Shown here piece after piece: positions 1 to 10,582 of a stretch of DNA of 64,000 bases; positions within the stretch are counted from its first letter, which is position 1, and every line of letters starts with the position of its first letter. Location of the stretch: NCBI GenBank assembly GCA_038867615.1, contig JAWBYA010000001.1, positions 32,001 to 96,000 of the forward strand, in the 5' to 3' direction. A model generated the notes under the pieces. That model searched no databases. It worked only from the letters and a program-made list of their open reading frames with translations, and had not been told where the DNA came from. The stretch comes from Sulfolobales archaeon (GTDB taxonomy: Archaea; Thermoproteota; Thermoprotei_A; Sulfolobales; AG1). The translations under genes were made by a program, and so were the position numbers.

Positions 1-811
1 CTTTCTCGGTAACTATTCCTGCAGGAGACTCGGGAGATCCGACCAAGACACACTTAGATCTAGTGTTTAGCAGCTTTTTAGCAAGCGAGACCAGGCTTGT
101 ATCCTCTGGTACGAATAGCGGCTCCTCATACCCTATTCCAGAGATGCTTTTCCCAATAAGAACCTCGTCGGGGTTGCCCTTTATATGGGCTTCGGAGACT
201 TTTGATATTATGTCGAGCATCACAACAACCCCGATAACGACGCCTTTATCGCTCACAACAAGTCTTCTAAATCCTCTCTGAACCATAACCCCTATTGCTT
301 CTAATAATGGGGCTTCGAGATCTATAGTCTCTATGGGGCTTGAGGCTATATCCCCTGCCCTCAGCTCTGGGGGTATGGCTCTGACCAGAACTCTTATCAA
401 GCTATCCTCTGTGATGCACCCCACAGGGTTCCCCGAATCGTCTGTGAGTGATAAGCATTCATCGCTATATATGCCGTTAACTGCTTCGTAGAGCTTCGAC
501 GAGATCGGTATGTTCCTGATCTTGTCGGAGATCTCTATGACGTTTCTATCAAGGATCCATGAGATCCTCCCTCTCTCAACCACAACCAAACCCTCTTCAG
601 AGAGCTCGAAAAGCTCTCTAGCAACTCGTCTAGCTGTAACATAGAGTCCCAGATCTCCTGAGGGATCCTTGTTAAACACCACAGCACAGGGTCTTCTCAG
701 CCTGTTCATCTTTATAGCTGTCTCCCATACTTTGGTTGTCGCGCTGGCAGCCGGGACAAAAGGATCCACAAGGTCTGTTAGGTTCTCTATATATTCATCT
801 CTGCTAGACAA
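1..811 (-). CDS. CBS-domain protein (partial, runs off the left edge; not in ORF track)
   Basis: Manual translation from TTG at 811: MSSRDEYIENLTDLVDPF...GNPVGCITEDSL...LLEAIGVMVQRGFRRLVV...GVVIGVVVMLDII...PAGIVTEK; repeated CBS-type G(I/V)(I/V)T/VxxD motifs. Confidence 0.8.
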   Translation of the reverse strand, partial: MSSRDEYIENLTDLVDPFVPAASATTKVWETAIKMNRLRRPCAVVFNKDPSGDLGLYVTARRVARELFELSEEGLVVVERGRISWILDRNVIEISDKIRNIPISSKLYEAVNGIYSDECLSLTDDSGNPVGCITEDSLIRVLVRAIPPELRAGDIASSPIETIDLEAPLLEAIGVMVQRGFRRLVVSDKGVVIGVVVMLDIISKVSEAHIKGNPDEVLIGKSISGIGYEEPLFVPEDTSLVSLAKKLLNTRSKCVLVGSPESPAGIVTEK

Positions 812-973
812 GGTGACCCTCCAGCCCAGCCTAAGTGAGCATTAGCTAGGGGTAATATAAAGACATCAAACTAGATCTTGTGATCCTTATTAAAGCCTTG
901 GATCTGTTGTACATGCCTCACCATATTATCTAGATCGCGTTTAACACGGGGATCAGGGGGTCTGTTGTTAGGT

Positions 974-1573
974 CTAGCTTGTTACCCGTTTCTGTGCAAC
1001 TATGTAGTATGAGAACCTCAGATCCCCATGATCGATCACTGAGAGCTTATCCCAAACATATTTTATAACCCTAGACCTTACACTATCTAGTTTCTTCTTC
1101 CCATGCTCTGGGATCATGCTCATAATAATGGTCGGGTTTAGATCCACTATAATGATCCTCCCACCCGGTTTTAGAACCCTCAGCATCTCGTCTAGAGCAG
1201 CTTCTATATCGTTTATATGGTGCATCGTCATATGGCTAACCACATAGTCGAAGGAACCACTATTATAAGGAAGGGATCTAGCGTCTACCACATCTAGAGA
1301 GAGGATCCCTTCTTCAACATATCTCTCAAAGATCTTCCTAGCCCTCCTAATAGCCTTAGGATCTATATCTATACTTGTAAGCACACCGCCAACGCTCCTA
1401 AGAAACTCTAGAAGAGCCCAAGTGTTTATCCCAAACCCTGTAGCAACCTCAAGCACTCTTGGTTTCCTACTAGCTATATGCTTCCTATATATAGCCCTAA
1501 CATCCACTATCGTGTTTAAAGCCCTTGACGAGACATACCAAAGGATTCTTAACAAGCATCTACCCTCCAACAC
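974..1573 (-). CDS. Class I SAM-dependent methyltransferase (UbiE/Methyltransf_11-like)
   Basis: VLEVATGFG motif I, DARSLPY..SFDYV, RVLKPGG; true start may be slightly downstream. Confidence 0.85.
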   Translation of the reverse strand: MLEGRCLLRILWYVSSRALNTIVDVRAIYRKHIASRKPRVLEVATGFGINTWALLEFLRSVGGVLTSIDIDPKAIRRARKIFERYVEEGILSLDVVDARSLPYNSGSFDYVVSHMTMHHINDIEAALDEMLRVLKPGGRIIIVDLNPTIIMSMIPEHGKKKLDSVRSRVIKYVWDKLSVIDHGDLRFSYYIVAQKRVTS

Positions 1574-1938
1574 TCCTATAGATAATCCTCGCCATCAGTA
1601 AAATGGATAGGGCTAGAATAAATATTACGAGCCCAACTAGATGGGGTAGATCCCTTTCAAGAATAACATAAGGGATCATTGGGAAAGCTATTGTGAAGCA
1701 TCTCGGCCTCCTCATCATAGCTCAAGAAGATCAGTATTTTTCACGGATAGTGGGCTAAGATCAGGGAAACACGCTCCACGATTAAAGCTCCATTAGTGGA
1801 AGGCTCTCGGCGGTGCTTAAAAAGAGCTTTGAACTAAACCCCTGGGATATGGTTAGCAATGTTAAGCAGTATAGTGCTTGGTACTCTGCCCTTCATACTG
1901 CTGCTGGCTTTAAGGAAGTATATATAGATAACGAGAGT

Positions 1939-2361
1939 ATGAAATTCAGTGGTGGAGTGCTAATTGGGGTTTTTAAAGTCAATGCGAGAGTGTGGTGTAT
2001 AGAGAGTGGTATTGCTAGAGAAGTAACTCTGCTGGCAGATACTGGAGCTATATATACTGTTCTCCCAAGGAGTCTCCTTGAGGAGCTTGGTGTCAAACCT
2101 ATTGGTAAAAGGAGATTTAGGCTAGCAGATGGTAGGGTTGTTGAGAGGGAGATCGGGCTGATCGGGATCGAGATTGGAGGTCGAGCTGTGCATACGATCG
2201 CGGTTTTTGGCGATGAGGGAACACATCTCTTGGGAGTAGTAACGCTTGGGGAACTAGGTCTCCAGGTAGATCCTGTGAGTGGCGAGCTCAAACCGCTTGA
2301 ACTGTTACTAATGGTTCTAGTGCCGGAAGCCTATAATCTAAATCGATGTTGCGCAACCTAA
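1939..2361 (+). CDS. Clan AA aspartic protease (AF_0612-like, retropepsin fold)
   Basis: LADTGAIYTVLP catalytic DTG, LADG flap, LLGVVTL..LGLQVDPV; start moved from the ORF-track 1813 to ATG 1939 or a slightly later codon. Confidence 0.8.
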   Translation: MKFSGGVLIGVFKVNARVWCIESGIAREVTLLADTGAIYTVLPRSLLEELGVKPIGKRRFRLADGRVVEREIGLIGIEIGGRAVHTIAVFGDEGTHLLGVVTLGELGLQVDPVSGELKPLELLLMVLVPEAYNLNRCCAT

Positions 2362-3662
2362 TACCCGGTGTCAGGTATCCTGGCTCTTCTATACCTATGC
2401 CTCTCACTGATCGGTACTGTAGCATCTATCCCCAGCTTGTCTCCGATACCATTGTGGGCTGACGGGTCGAGGCTGCTGAGCCTAGCCTCCCTTATGATCA
2501 CTATCCCTCTCGATGCCTGGAGTCTTGTGGCTATTGCCCATTCAACCTCCTCTGGGTTATCGATATCTATATCTCCATCAACAACGGTTACGATTTTTAA
2601 TGATGGGTGGGCTGCGAATGCGGCTAGTATTGCGTTTTTTGAGTCTCCATCAACGCTCTTCTCTATAGATATCAATGCGTGGAGCCATCCACCGCTAGCC
2701 CTTGTTAGCCTCACTTTATAGACTCTTCTAACAACCCTCGATACTGAGTAATATATATCGGCCTCCTTACCAATCCCCATGAGCAATACGTGCTCTGTTC
2801 TCCCCGCGAGGACTGTGTGGAAGGGTCTATCAACCTTCGATCTATAGATCTTGTCGAACACTATGAGGGGCTCCATCCTGATAGAATCATATGTTAGGAG
2901 AGCGTCGGCAAAAGGTCCTTCCTCAACATCTTCAAGCGTGACCCGGCCCTCGAGGACATGGGAGCATTCACATGGTACTGGGAGGTTATGGATAGGTGTT
3001 CTGCAGAGCCTCAGACTACCGCCGAGTAGTTTGTTAGCAACCTCAATTTCAAATACTCCATATCTTGGCTGAAGGGCTGCTCCGAGGAATACTATGGGGT
3101 GGGGTGAGAAGCACACAGCTATGGGGGTTTCTTTATTCCTAGATCTATAGGCATCTATGATCTTTCTTAGATGTCTTGGTACAATCCTAGCCGCGCCGGT
3201 CATTCTACCTTTAATAAGGATTCTATGTATCGATGCATTATAGATCTCCTGATCAGGGTCTCGTGCTATAAATATTGATGAGGTGAAATACCTACCAGCA
3301 TCGCCTTCGTAGAAGTGTAGTGCTGGGAGCTCCTCCAGGGATCTGTTATCCTCTATATAGTGATCCCCGAAGCTTTCTTCGGAACACCTAGCAGGATTGT
3401 CAATAGCGTTGGTTAGTTTTAAATATAGCTCTTCATCGCTTCTCACTCCTAGGTAGTTCTTCAGGATCTCTCTTGATGGTATAAGGTTAGATACTATGTC
3501 GATTCCATCGCAACAGTTACTCCTAAAAATAATTGCTTTTCCGAGAGAGTCGGCCCTCTCTATAGCCTTGGCGGCCTCGAACCTCCAGGAAAGGATCCTG
3601 GGTTCTCTTATAAGTAACCCCATATCCTCGAGAAGCTTTATCGCGCTGATTATATCTGGCAT
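2358..3662 (-). CDS. ubiD: UbiD-family (prFMN) decarboxylase, plausibly anhydromevalonate phosphate decarboxylase of the archaeal modified mevalonate pathway
   Basis: YNASIHR, EGPFAD, VVDGDIDI..EEVEWAIATR, SSLDPS, KLGIDAT motifs; the specific substrate is inference. Confidence 0.85.
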   Translation of the reverse strand: MPDIISAIKLLEDMGLLIREPRILSWRFEAAKAIERADSLGKAIIFRSNCCDGIDIVSNLIPSREILKNYLGVRSDEELYLKLTNAIDNPARCSEESFGDHYIEDNRSLEELPALHFYEGDAGRYFTSSIFIARDPDQEIYNASIHRILIKGRMTGAARIVPRHLRKIIDAYRSRNKETPIAVCFSPHPIVFLGAALQPRYGVFEIEVANKLLGGSLRLCRTPIHNLPVPCECSHVLEGRVTLEDVEEGPFADALLTYDSIRMEPLIVFDKIYRSKVDRPFHTVLAGRTEHVLLMGIGKEADIYYSVSRVVRRVYKVRLTRASGGWLHALISIEKSVDGDSKNAILAAFAAHPSLKIVTVVDGDIDIDNPEEVEWAIATRLQASRGIVIIREARLSSLDPSAHNGIGDKLGIDATVPISERHRYRRARIPDTGY

Positions 3663-4921
3663 CTCGAACCCCTCCAGCTATCCTCGTAACTCTCGTCTAG
3701 TTTTATTCGTCCTATGATTATCGCGCTCACATCTCCCTGGTATCTAGTCACCACATTGATCCTAAGGTTTTCGGGGTCTACGCTATCAATTATACATGGA
3801 TATTCTTCTCTTGCTCTCGATACGAGGGAACATAAGAGCCCCTTCTCGCTTCCCCTGGGGATCACAACCACCTCCCTACCATCCCTAAGCCTAAGAGGCT
3901 TATCACTCTCCCTCCCACCCTCGGTGAACGCATAGATCGTGTTCTCAAGGATCGATGCATAGAGCACTTTTGTTGAGAGAGCCTCAGAGAGCTGTGAGAG
4001 CTCTTCCCCCGAAACAGGGCTTCCTGAGAAGAGGCACGAGCCTGTGATGATAACCTCGCTTATCGAGAACGATCTCATTACAGAGCCTTCGAAAGCCTTT
4101 TTATAAGCCTGGCTCCTCAGAGCCCTCCGCTCCTCCCTCGACCTGACCCTAACGCCTTGGGGGGATCTCAGAACCACGATCTCTGCAAAGCCCTTTCTGG
4201 GGAGATGCCCCATGAAAGATCCCCCGGCTAGGGCCACGATATGGCTTGCCCCGACATATCTAGCTATATCTAGCTTCATCTCGATAGCCTGGGGAGATGA
4301 GACCCAGCCGTCGGTGTTTATCACTATTAGATCGCTCTGGGTTGATGCTCTGGATACGAGATCTGCTATAGATGCTATTAGCCTATAAGAGCCCATCAAT
4401 GGGTTGTTATGCCCTATAAACCTCATAGCCTGGGGCTCTAGATCTCTTAGCCATACGAACTGTTTTGACGGGCATGAGAGGGCTACAAAGCCCGGCGGTC
4501 CTATATCTTCCTGACCTACATCTCCATCTACTATACATGGTCTTAACCCCTGCTCGATAGCTATGTTGGCTAGCAATACCGAGAACGAGGTTTTCCCAGA
4601 TTCCGTGGGGCCTATAACAACAACCCTAGATCCCTTGGTGGCAAGTTTATAGGCGGCTTCGAGCCATTCGAAGAGAGACTCTTCCTCGGGTTTAGCGACA
4701 TCGACCCCGGCTCCTTCTCCAAGCTCTATTTCAACCAGAGCTCTTGATCTCGAATATATGGCTTGTGATTTATAGGCGCTAATAATAACCTGCAGTCCTT
4801 TCGAGAGCTTTGCGCCTGAGATGTAGCACTCACCGTCTATGACGTTGATCCTGGCGGGTCCGCGGATCCTTATGGATTTGTTCTCAGAGATCTCAACAGA
4901 GATCCTCAGACCAGCCACCAT
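3650..4921 (-). CDS. Clp1/Grc3-family polynucleotide 5'-hydroxyl kinase
   Basis: GPTESGKT Walker A, DGDVGQEDIGPPG, INTDGW, RSREERRALR lid motif. Confidence 0.9.
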   Translation of the reverse strand: MVAGLRISVEISENKSIRIRGPARINVIDGECYISGAKLSKGLQVIISAYKSQAIYSRSRALVEIELGEGAGVDVAKPEEESLFEWLEAAYKLATKGSRVVVIGPTESGKTSFSVLLANIAIEQGLRPCIVDGDVGQEDIGPPGFVALSCPSKQFVWLRDLEPQAMRFIGHNNPLMGSYRLIASIADLVSRASTQSDLIVINTDGWVSSPQAIEMKLDIARYVGASHIVALAGGSFMGHLPRKGFAEIVVLRSPQGVRVRSREERRALRSQAYKKAFEGSVMRSFSISEVIITGSCLFSGSPVSGEELSQLSEALSTKVLYASILENTIYAFTEGGRESDKPLRLRDGREVVVIPRGSEKGLLCSLVSRAREEYPCIIDSVDPENLRINVVTRYQGDVSAIIIGRIKLDESYEDSWRGSRCQI

Positions 4922-4982
4922 GAAAGTATAGGCGCAGGAGCTATATCCTTAACTCTATGTTAAAAACAATAGTCCATAGAGA

Positions 4983-5315
4983 TTAGGTTATCAGTATAAC
5001 TACCCTATCTCCTCTCCTCTCAACTCTATAGAGTCTCATCGGTTTTGTAGTGACCTCAGGTGTTAGTGAGGCGCCATCTGTAAGCCTGAAGGTTGACCAG
5101 TGGCATGTGCATGTGATGGTTTTATCCTCATCGTTAAGGTAGCCATCGCTTAGGAAGCACCCCTCGTGAGGGCATTCATCGTCGGCCGCATATATATCGT
5201 TCCCTATCCTTACTATGAGGACTCCTCTGAGCCCTCCGATCTCCTTTCTAATGGGGGTTTTATCGGGGATCTCGTTTAAGCTTAGCTCTATATACTGCTT
5301 CTCCTCCTGAACCAA
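4983..5315 (-). CDS. Rieske [2Fe-2S] ferredoxin
   Basis: CPH...CTCHWSTF Rieske ligand motifs, 110 aa. Confidence 0.9.
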   Translation of the reverse strand: MVQEEKQYIELSLNEIPDKTPIRKEIGGLRGVLIVRIGNDIYAADDECPHEGCFLSDGYLNDEDKTITCTCHWSTFRLTDGASLTPEVTTKPMRLYRVERRGDRVVILIT

Positions 5316-5491
5316 GGCTGGTACCTCATTATAAGAGCCTAGTAAAGCCTATAAGCATTCCCACACAACAAGGAACCAGTTGCTGCCGAAGATATGAACA
5401 ACCCTATCCAGTAGTTTCAATGTGGAGTGGTTTTTGTAGACCTACTAGATCGTGATATACAGGCTATATATCGATCAAAACGGGCTTTGCT

Positions 5492-6877
5492 TTACTTCTG
5501 CCTTTTCCTTATAAGGAAATGCTTAGGCCTTCCTAGAGCGAGTTCTGAGATCTCTCCCAGTATTTCTGAGATTGTGGGGTGTGGATGTATAGTGAGGGAT
5601 AGATCCTCTATAGATGCCCCCATCTCTATAGCGAGTGTTGCTTCTGACACAATCTCCGAGGCGTGTGGAGCCATAGCCACAAAGCCTAGGAGCTGTTTTG
5701 TATCCTCGTCGTATATGATCTTTGCGAACCCTTCCTCGCCCCCCTCTATCACGGCTCTAGCAACTCCTCCTAGGGGCATTTTGAGGCTTTTAGGCTTATA
5801 GCCATTCCTCCTCGCCTCTTCCTCACTCATTCCAACAAAAGCCATCTCTGGTTCTGTAAAGATTACCGAAGGTACTGCTCTTGGGTCGTATAAGACCTTC
5901 TTACCAGCAGCATTTTCTGCAGCAACTAATGACTGCATGAAAGCCCTATGGGCTAATAGCGGAGGGCCTGTTATATCGCCCGAGGCATATATATTTTCAA
6001 CCGAGGTTCTCATGCTACCATCAACCTTTATATACCCTTTTTCATCGAGCTCGACACCTGCTTCTCTCAGGCCTAGGTTCTCCGACCTTGGTTTTCTACC
6101 AACAGCTACCAGGATCTTCTCGACGGACAGTCTCTCCCCGCTTGATAATTCCACATGTGCCTCGTTCTGCCTCTTCTCAATAGATTTAACAGTTGTGTTC
6201 GTGCGGATCTTTACTCCTAGGTTTTTGAGCATCCTTTCCGCCGCTCTCGACAGATCCTGATCCATTCCTGGCAAAAGGTTCGGCATGATCTCTGCTAGGT
6301 GCACTTCAACACCTATCTTTGAGTATAGGCTTGCGAACTCAACACCTATGTATCCTCCGCCAACTATTAGGATCGATGATGGCTTCTTCCTAATCCCAAG
6401 TATGGTTCTATTATTATGGATCACTTCTCCGTCGACTTTAAGGAGTGGGAGGTCTGAGGGGTTTGTCCCTGTAGCGATGAGGATCTTTTCTGCTTTGATC
6501 TCGCCCATGTTCTCAATATATAGGGTGTTTCTGTCGAGAAGCTTTGCCTCACCTCTATAGAGATCAACGCCATAGCCTTTGAGAAGCATCTCAACACCCC
6601 CAGAGATCCTCTCTACGATCGATGAGACCCACGAGAGGTATTCGTTGAAATCTAGATCCAGTTCCCCTTTAACGAACTTCATAGACTTAACACTCCAGAT
6701 CGTGTTAGCGGGTTTTAGCAAAGCCTTGGTTGGTATGCACCCGTAGTTTGTGCACTCACCGCCAAGCCTATCGGCTTCGACCAACGCTACTCTTAATCCT
6801 AGCTGTGATGCCCTTATAGCGCCTGGATATCCTCCGGGGCCTCCTCCTATAACTACCAAATCGTATTTCGAATCCAC
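5492..6877 (-). CDS. lpdA: Dihydrolipoamide dehydrogenase (E3)
   Basis: GGGPGG FAD motif, GGECTNYGCIPTK redox disulfide, HPHPTISE. Confidence 0.96.
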   Translation of the reverse strand: MDSKYDLVVIGGGPGGYPGAIRASQLGLRVALVEADRLGGECTNYGCIPTKALLKPANTIWSVKSMKFVKGELDLDFNEYLSWVSSIVERISGGVEMLLKGYGVDLYRGEAKLLDRNTLYIENMGEIKAEKILIATGTNPSDLPLLKVDGEVIHNNRTILGIRKKPSSILIVGGGYIGVEFASLYSKIGVEVHLAEIMPNLLPGMDQDLSRAAERMLKNLGVKIRTNTTVKSIEKRQNEAHVELSSGERLSVEKILVAVGRKPRSENLGLREAGVELDEKGYIKVDGSMRTSVENIYASGDITGPPLLAHRAFMQSLVAAENAAGKKVLYDPRAVPSVIFTEPEMAFVGMSEEEARRNGYKPKSLKMPLGGVARAVIEGGEEGFAKIIYDEDTKQLLGFVAMAPHASEIVSEATLAIEMGASIEDLSLTIHPHPTISEILGEISELALGRPKHFLIRKRQK

Positions 6878-6887
6878 AGATCCACAC

Positions 6888-8141
6888 CTATTTGAACTCT
6901 TCCTCCTGTGCTAGGAATAATAATGGGTTTTCGAGATAGTTCTTAAGGGTTGATAGGAATCTTGCTGCGTAGCCGCCCTCTATGAATCTATGGTCAAAGC
7001 TGAGGGATATGTTTAGATAATACCTTGGCTCTAGCCTATCCTCGTAATAGCCTGGCTTCTTAACTATCCTGTGGATCCCGAGGATCGCTGATTCTGGGTA
7101 GTTTATTATTGGGAACCCGAGGGTAGATCCTATAGCCCCCACATTCGTTATCGTGAAGGTCCCATCCCTTATATCCTCGAGGGTTAGTTTGCCCTGGCGA
7201 GCCTTCTCAGCAAGCTCCTCTATCTCTCTAGCTATCTGGAAGAGACCTTTTTTATCAGCGTTCTTTATATTTGGTACAACTAACCCTTGCTCTGTATCAA
7301 TAGCTATCCCTATGTTATAGTACTTCTTAACAACGATCTCTCCCCTAGCATCGTCGAGAGAAGCATTGAGGAGTGGGAACTCCTTGAGAGCCTTGGTAAC
7401 AGCCTTTATTATGAATGGTAGGTAGGTTAGCTTAACACCCTTGCTCTCTGCAAGCCTTTTGAGATTCTCCCTAAGCCTTACAAGCTCTGTAGCGTCAACC
7501 TCCTCTGCTAGGTAGACATGGGGTATTTTGCTCTTAGCCTCGGCCATCTTCTCGGCCATTCTCCTCTTTATACCTCTAAGCGGGATCCTCTCAATAGGTG
7601 CAGCAACCTGGGCAGGAGGTGTGACAGGAGCCGCAGGAACAGCCTGCTGTGCAGCTAGTTTTGGTTTGACATGCTCCTCATAGAATTTCATAACATCTTC
7701 TCTCGTTATAACACCCCCAGGGCCTGTACCAACAACAAGGCTTAGATCCACGCCCAGCTCTTGTGCAAGCCTCCTAACAGACGGAGGAGCCCTCACAACC
7801 TGCCTAGCAACCTGCTCCTGGGGTTTAGCCTGCACCTCGGCAGTCTTTGGAGGTGCTTCCCTCCCAGCCTCCTGGATAGCTATCTGGGGCTGCGCGTCCT
7901 CCACCTCTATCTCTGCTATCACAGCACCAACTCTTACCCTCTCCCCTTCTTTTGCAAGAAGCTTTACAACCCTCCCTGTATAGGGGGATGGTATCTCAAC
8001 ACTAGCCTTGTCGGTGAGTACCTCTACCATTGATTGGAATTGCTTGATCTGCTCTCCCTCTTTAACAAGCCATCTAACAATCTCTCCCTCAGCTATACCC
8101 TCACCTATGTCTGGGAGCTTTACCTTCTCAACCCTTGGCAT
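6888..8141 (-). CDS. pdhC: 2-oxoacid dehydrogenase E2 dihydrolipoamide acyltransferase
   Basis: Lipoyl domain (VLTDKASVEI), E3-binding PSVRRLA..GTGPGG, catalytic FDHRF. Confidence 0.93.
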   Translation of the reverse strand: MPRVEKVKLPDIGEGIAEGEIVRWLVKEGEQIKQFQSMVEVLTDKASVEIPSPYTGRVVKLLAKEGERVRVGAVIAEIEVEDAQPQIAIQEAGREAPPKTAEVQAKPQEQVARQVVRAPPSVRRLAQELGVDLSLVVGTGPGGVITREDVMKFYEEHVKPKLAAQQAVPAAPVTPPAQVAAPIERIPLRGIKRRMAEKMAEAKSKIPHVYLAEEVDATELVRLRENLKRLAESKGVKLTYLPFIIKAVTKALKEFPLLNASLDDARGEIVVKKYYNIGIAIDTEQGLVVPNIKNADKKGLFQIAREIEELAEKARQGKLTLEDIRDGTFTITNVGAIGSTLGFPIINYPESAILGIHRIVKKPGYYEDRLEPRYYLNISLSFDHRFIEGGYAARFLSTLKNYLENPLLFLAQEEEFK

Positions 8142-8152
8142 TCGCCTCAGCC

Positions 8153-9130
8153 TCAGTACATCATTATTTTCTGCATAGCGAGATATATCCTAGCTATGTT
8201 AGGCATATAGAGCTTCTCGTGAACCAGCGGGAAGGGCGTATCATAGCCTGTGACCCTTATTATGGGTCCTCTCAGAAGATCTATAGCGCTCTCCGAGATA
8301 TAGGCAGCTATTTCTGCACCAAGCCCCAGGGTTTTTGGGGCCTCATGGACTATTATAAGCCTTCCTGTTTTCTCTACACTCTTTATAATGAGATCTTTGT
8401 CGAAGGGGAAGAGCGTTCTAAGATCTATGATCTCGGTGCTCCACCCATGCTTCTCTTCAGCCAGTTTAGCAGCCTCAAGGGCTGTGTAAACCATAGCACC
8501 ATAGGTTACGATCGTTATGTCAGACCCCTCTCTAACTATCCTACCCTTTCCTATCGGGATTATGTAGTCCTCTTCAGGCACCTCCTCCTTTATAGTTCTA
8601 TAGATCGATTTTGGCTCGAGGAAGATCACGGGATCCTCAGCCCTTATAGCAGCCTTGAGCATTCCTTTAGCATCGTAGGGACTAGAGGGCATCATGGTTA
8701 TCAACCCTGCTGTGTGTATGAAGTAGCTCTCAGGGCTCTGGCTATGATGCATTGCTCCCTTGACACCACCACAGCAAGGGGCTCTCACAACTATTGGGGC
8801 TGTGAACATGCCTCCCGTCTTTGACCTCATCTTAGCTGCTTCCGAGACTATCTGGTCGAATGCCTCGTAGACGAAGTCTATGAACTGTATCTCGGCAACC
8901 GGTTTGAAGCCATATAGTGCGAGACCAACAGCGATCCCTACAATCCCCATCTCGGTTAAAGGCGTATCTATCACCCTCATCTCGCCGAACTCGTCTATAA
9001 GGCCCTCTGTTACTAGGAATACTCCTCCCCTTCTACCAACATCCTCGCCCAGCACGATGACCCTGGGGTCTCTCTTCATCTCCTCTCTAAGAGCTGTGTT
9101 GAGGGCCTGTACCATGTTCATTACAGGCAT
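8153..9130 (-). CDS. pdhB: 2-oxoacid (pyruvate/branched-chain) dehydrogenase E1 beta
   Basis: GEDVG..GGVF, DTPLTE, EIQF.DF, HHSQS. Confidence 0.93.
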   Translation of the reverse strand: MPVMNMVQALNTALREEMKRDPRVIVLGEDVGRRGGVFLVTEGLIDEFGEMRVIDTPLTEMGIVGIAVGLALYGFKPVAEIQFIDFVYEAFDQIVSEAAKMRSKTGGMFTAPIVVRAPCCGGVKGAMHHSQSPESYFIHTAGLITMMPSSPYDAKGMLKAAIRAEDPVIFLEPKSIYRTIKEEVPEEDYIIPIGKGRIVREGSDITIVTYGAMVYTALEAAKLAEEKHGWSTEIIDLRTLFPFDKDLIIKSVEKTGRLIIVHEAPKTLGLGAEIAAYISESAIDLLRGPIIRVTGYDTPFPLVHEKLYMPNIARIYLAMQKIMMY

Positions 9131-10309
9131 CTACTCCACCCTGATTCCGAGTTTCTTCATAATCTCGAGGGATTCTCTGAACTCGGAAGCCTGCTCCTCA
9201 AGGTTCCAGAACCTTTTTGAATATACATCATCAAATATAACCTCCTCAGGTAGCTGTGGTTTTGATAGACACTTTCTAACAGTATCTTCTATCCTTCTGC
9301 TCCACTCTTCATAGATCTCTTTGTCTTCTTTTTCCGATATATAGCCTCTATCTATCAAGTATCTCCGAAACCTCTGTATCGGATCGTATCTCTCGATCTT
9401 TTTAACCTCCTCAGGCGGTCTATACCTACTAGGATCATCAGCTGTTGTGTGGGGCCCCATTCTATAAGTAACAGCCTCTATTAATATGGGGCCTCTACCC
9501 TCCCTAGCCCTATCAACAGCCTCCTTAGCAGTCATATATACCGCAACTACATCGTTGCCATCAACCCTCATTCCCGGTATGTTGTAGGCAACGCCCTTGA
9601 TAGCGAATGTAGGGGAGCCTGTCTGCTTCTTAGCCGGGACTGATATTGCCCACTGATTGTTCTCTATAATGAAAACCACAGGGAGTCTATGGATCCCAGC
9701 GAAGTTAAGCCCGGCGTGGAAGCCTCCTCTAGATGTTGCTCCATCTCCAAATATCGTCATAACAACTATATTCTCCCCAGCTATTCGTGCACCTAGTGCG
9801 AAGCCAACCGCATGGGGGATCTGATTTCCCACAGGTACTGTGACAGGCCCTATTCTATGTCTCTTCGAACCAAGAATCGTGAACTCTTTTCCCTTAAAAG
9901 GGTCGTCTATGTTAGCCATATTCCTATCTATTATCTCCTCCTCAGAAATCCCTCTGGCTATGAACACGCCTATGTTTCTATAGTATGGGAATACCCAGTC
10001 CTCTTTACTGAGGGCAAGCGCTGATCCAACTGAGACGGCTTCTTCGCCTATGTTTGGGGCGTGAAGCGCTACTTTCCCCATCCTCTGGAGCTTTAGGAGC
10101 CACCCATCAAGGATCCTGGTTCTAATCATATAGATGTATATGTTGATAAGCAGTTCTCTCGGCAGATCTGGCTCTTTATCGGCAACAACTCTGCCGTCGG
10201 TGTCAATGATTCTATAGATGCTGAGGGCTCTCTCTAGATCTAAACCTTCCATTATATCATTTAAATTATAAAAGGTTTCGAAAGGATTTTGGGACATTTT
10301 AGTCCCCAT
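9131..10309 (-). CDS. pdhA: 2-oxoacid (pyruvate/branched-chain) dehydrogenase E1 alpha
   Basis: TPP motif GDGATS...NNQWAIS, YRMGPHTTADDP. Confidence 0.93.
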   Translation of the reverse strand: MGTKMSQNPFETFYNLNDIMEGLDLERALSIYRIIDTDGRVVADKEPDLPRELLINIYIYMIRTRILDGWLLKLQRMGKVALHAPNIGEEAVSVGSALALSKEDWVFPYYRNIGVFIARGISEEEIIDRNMANIDDPFKGKEFTILGSKRHRIGPVTVPVGNQIPHAVGFALGARIAGENIVVMTIFGDGATSRGGFHAGLNFAGIHRLPVVFIIENNQWAISVPAKKQTGSPTFAIKGVAYNIPGMRVDGNDVVAVYMTAKEAVDRAREGRGPILIEAVTYRMGPHTTADDPSRYRPPEEVKKIERYDPIQRFRRYLIDRGYISEKEDKEIYEEWSRRIEDTVRKCLSKPQLPEEVIFDDVYSKRFWNLEEQASEFRESLEIMKKLGIRVE

Positions 10310-10582
10310 ACCTATTCCTTACGAGGTTAAAAACTAGAATGATGGCTTTTGGGTAATCTTCCACGAAGCCTGTATATATATTGAAAACTTACCGGCGAGT
10401 TCTGGAATAGCTATTAACTGGTGATAGTTTGTGACGTAGTAGCTGTTTCAGTTTAACGAAAGTTTATAATAATCATATTGATTCTCATATTAGTTCTTAA
10501 TTGTTTTATAGATAAGCTTATAATATATTAAATATAATTTACTATTATGCATAGCCATAACGTATAGTCCATAGGAGACTCA

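Noticed and set aside
1640-1925. Possible PaREP1/HEPN pseudogene upstream of the aspartic protease (AWYSALHTAAGFKE resembles W..A..LH..GF.E)
   Set aside because: Only a short motif resemblance across broken frames; it cannot be supported without a profile search.
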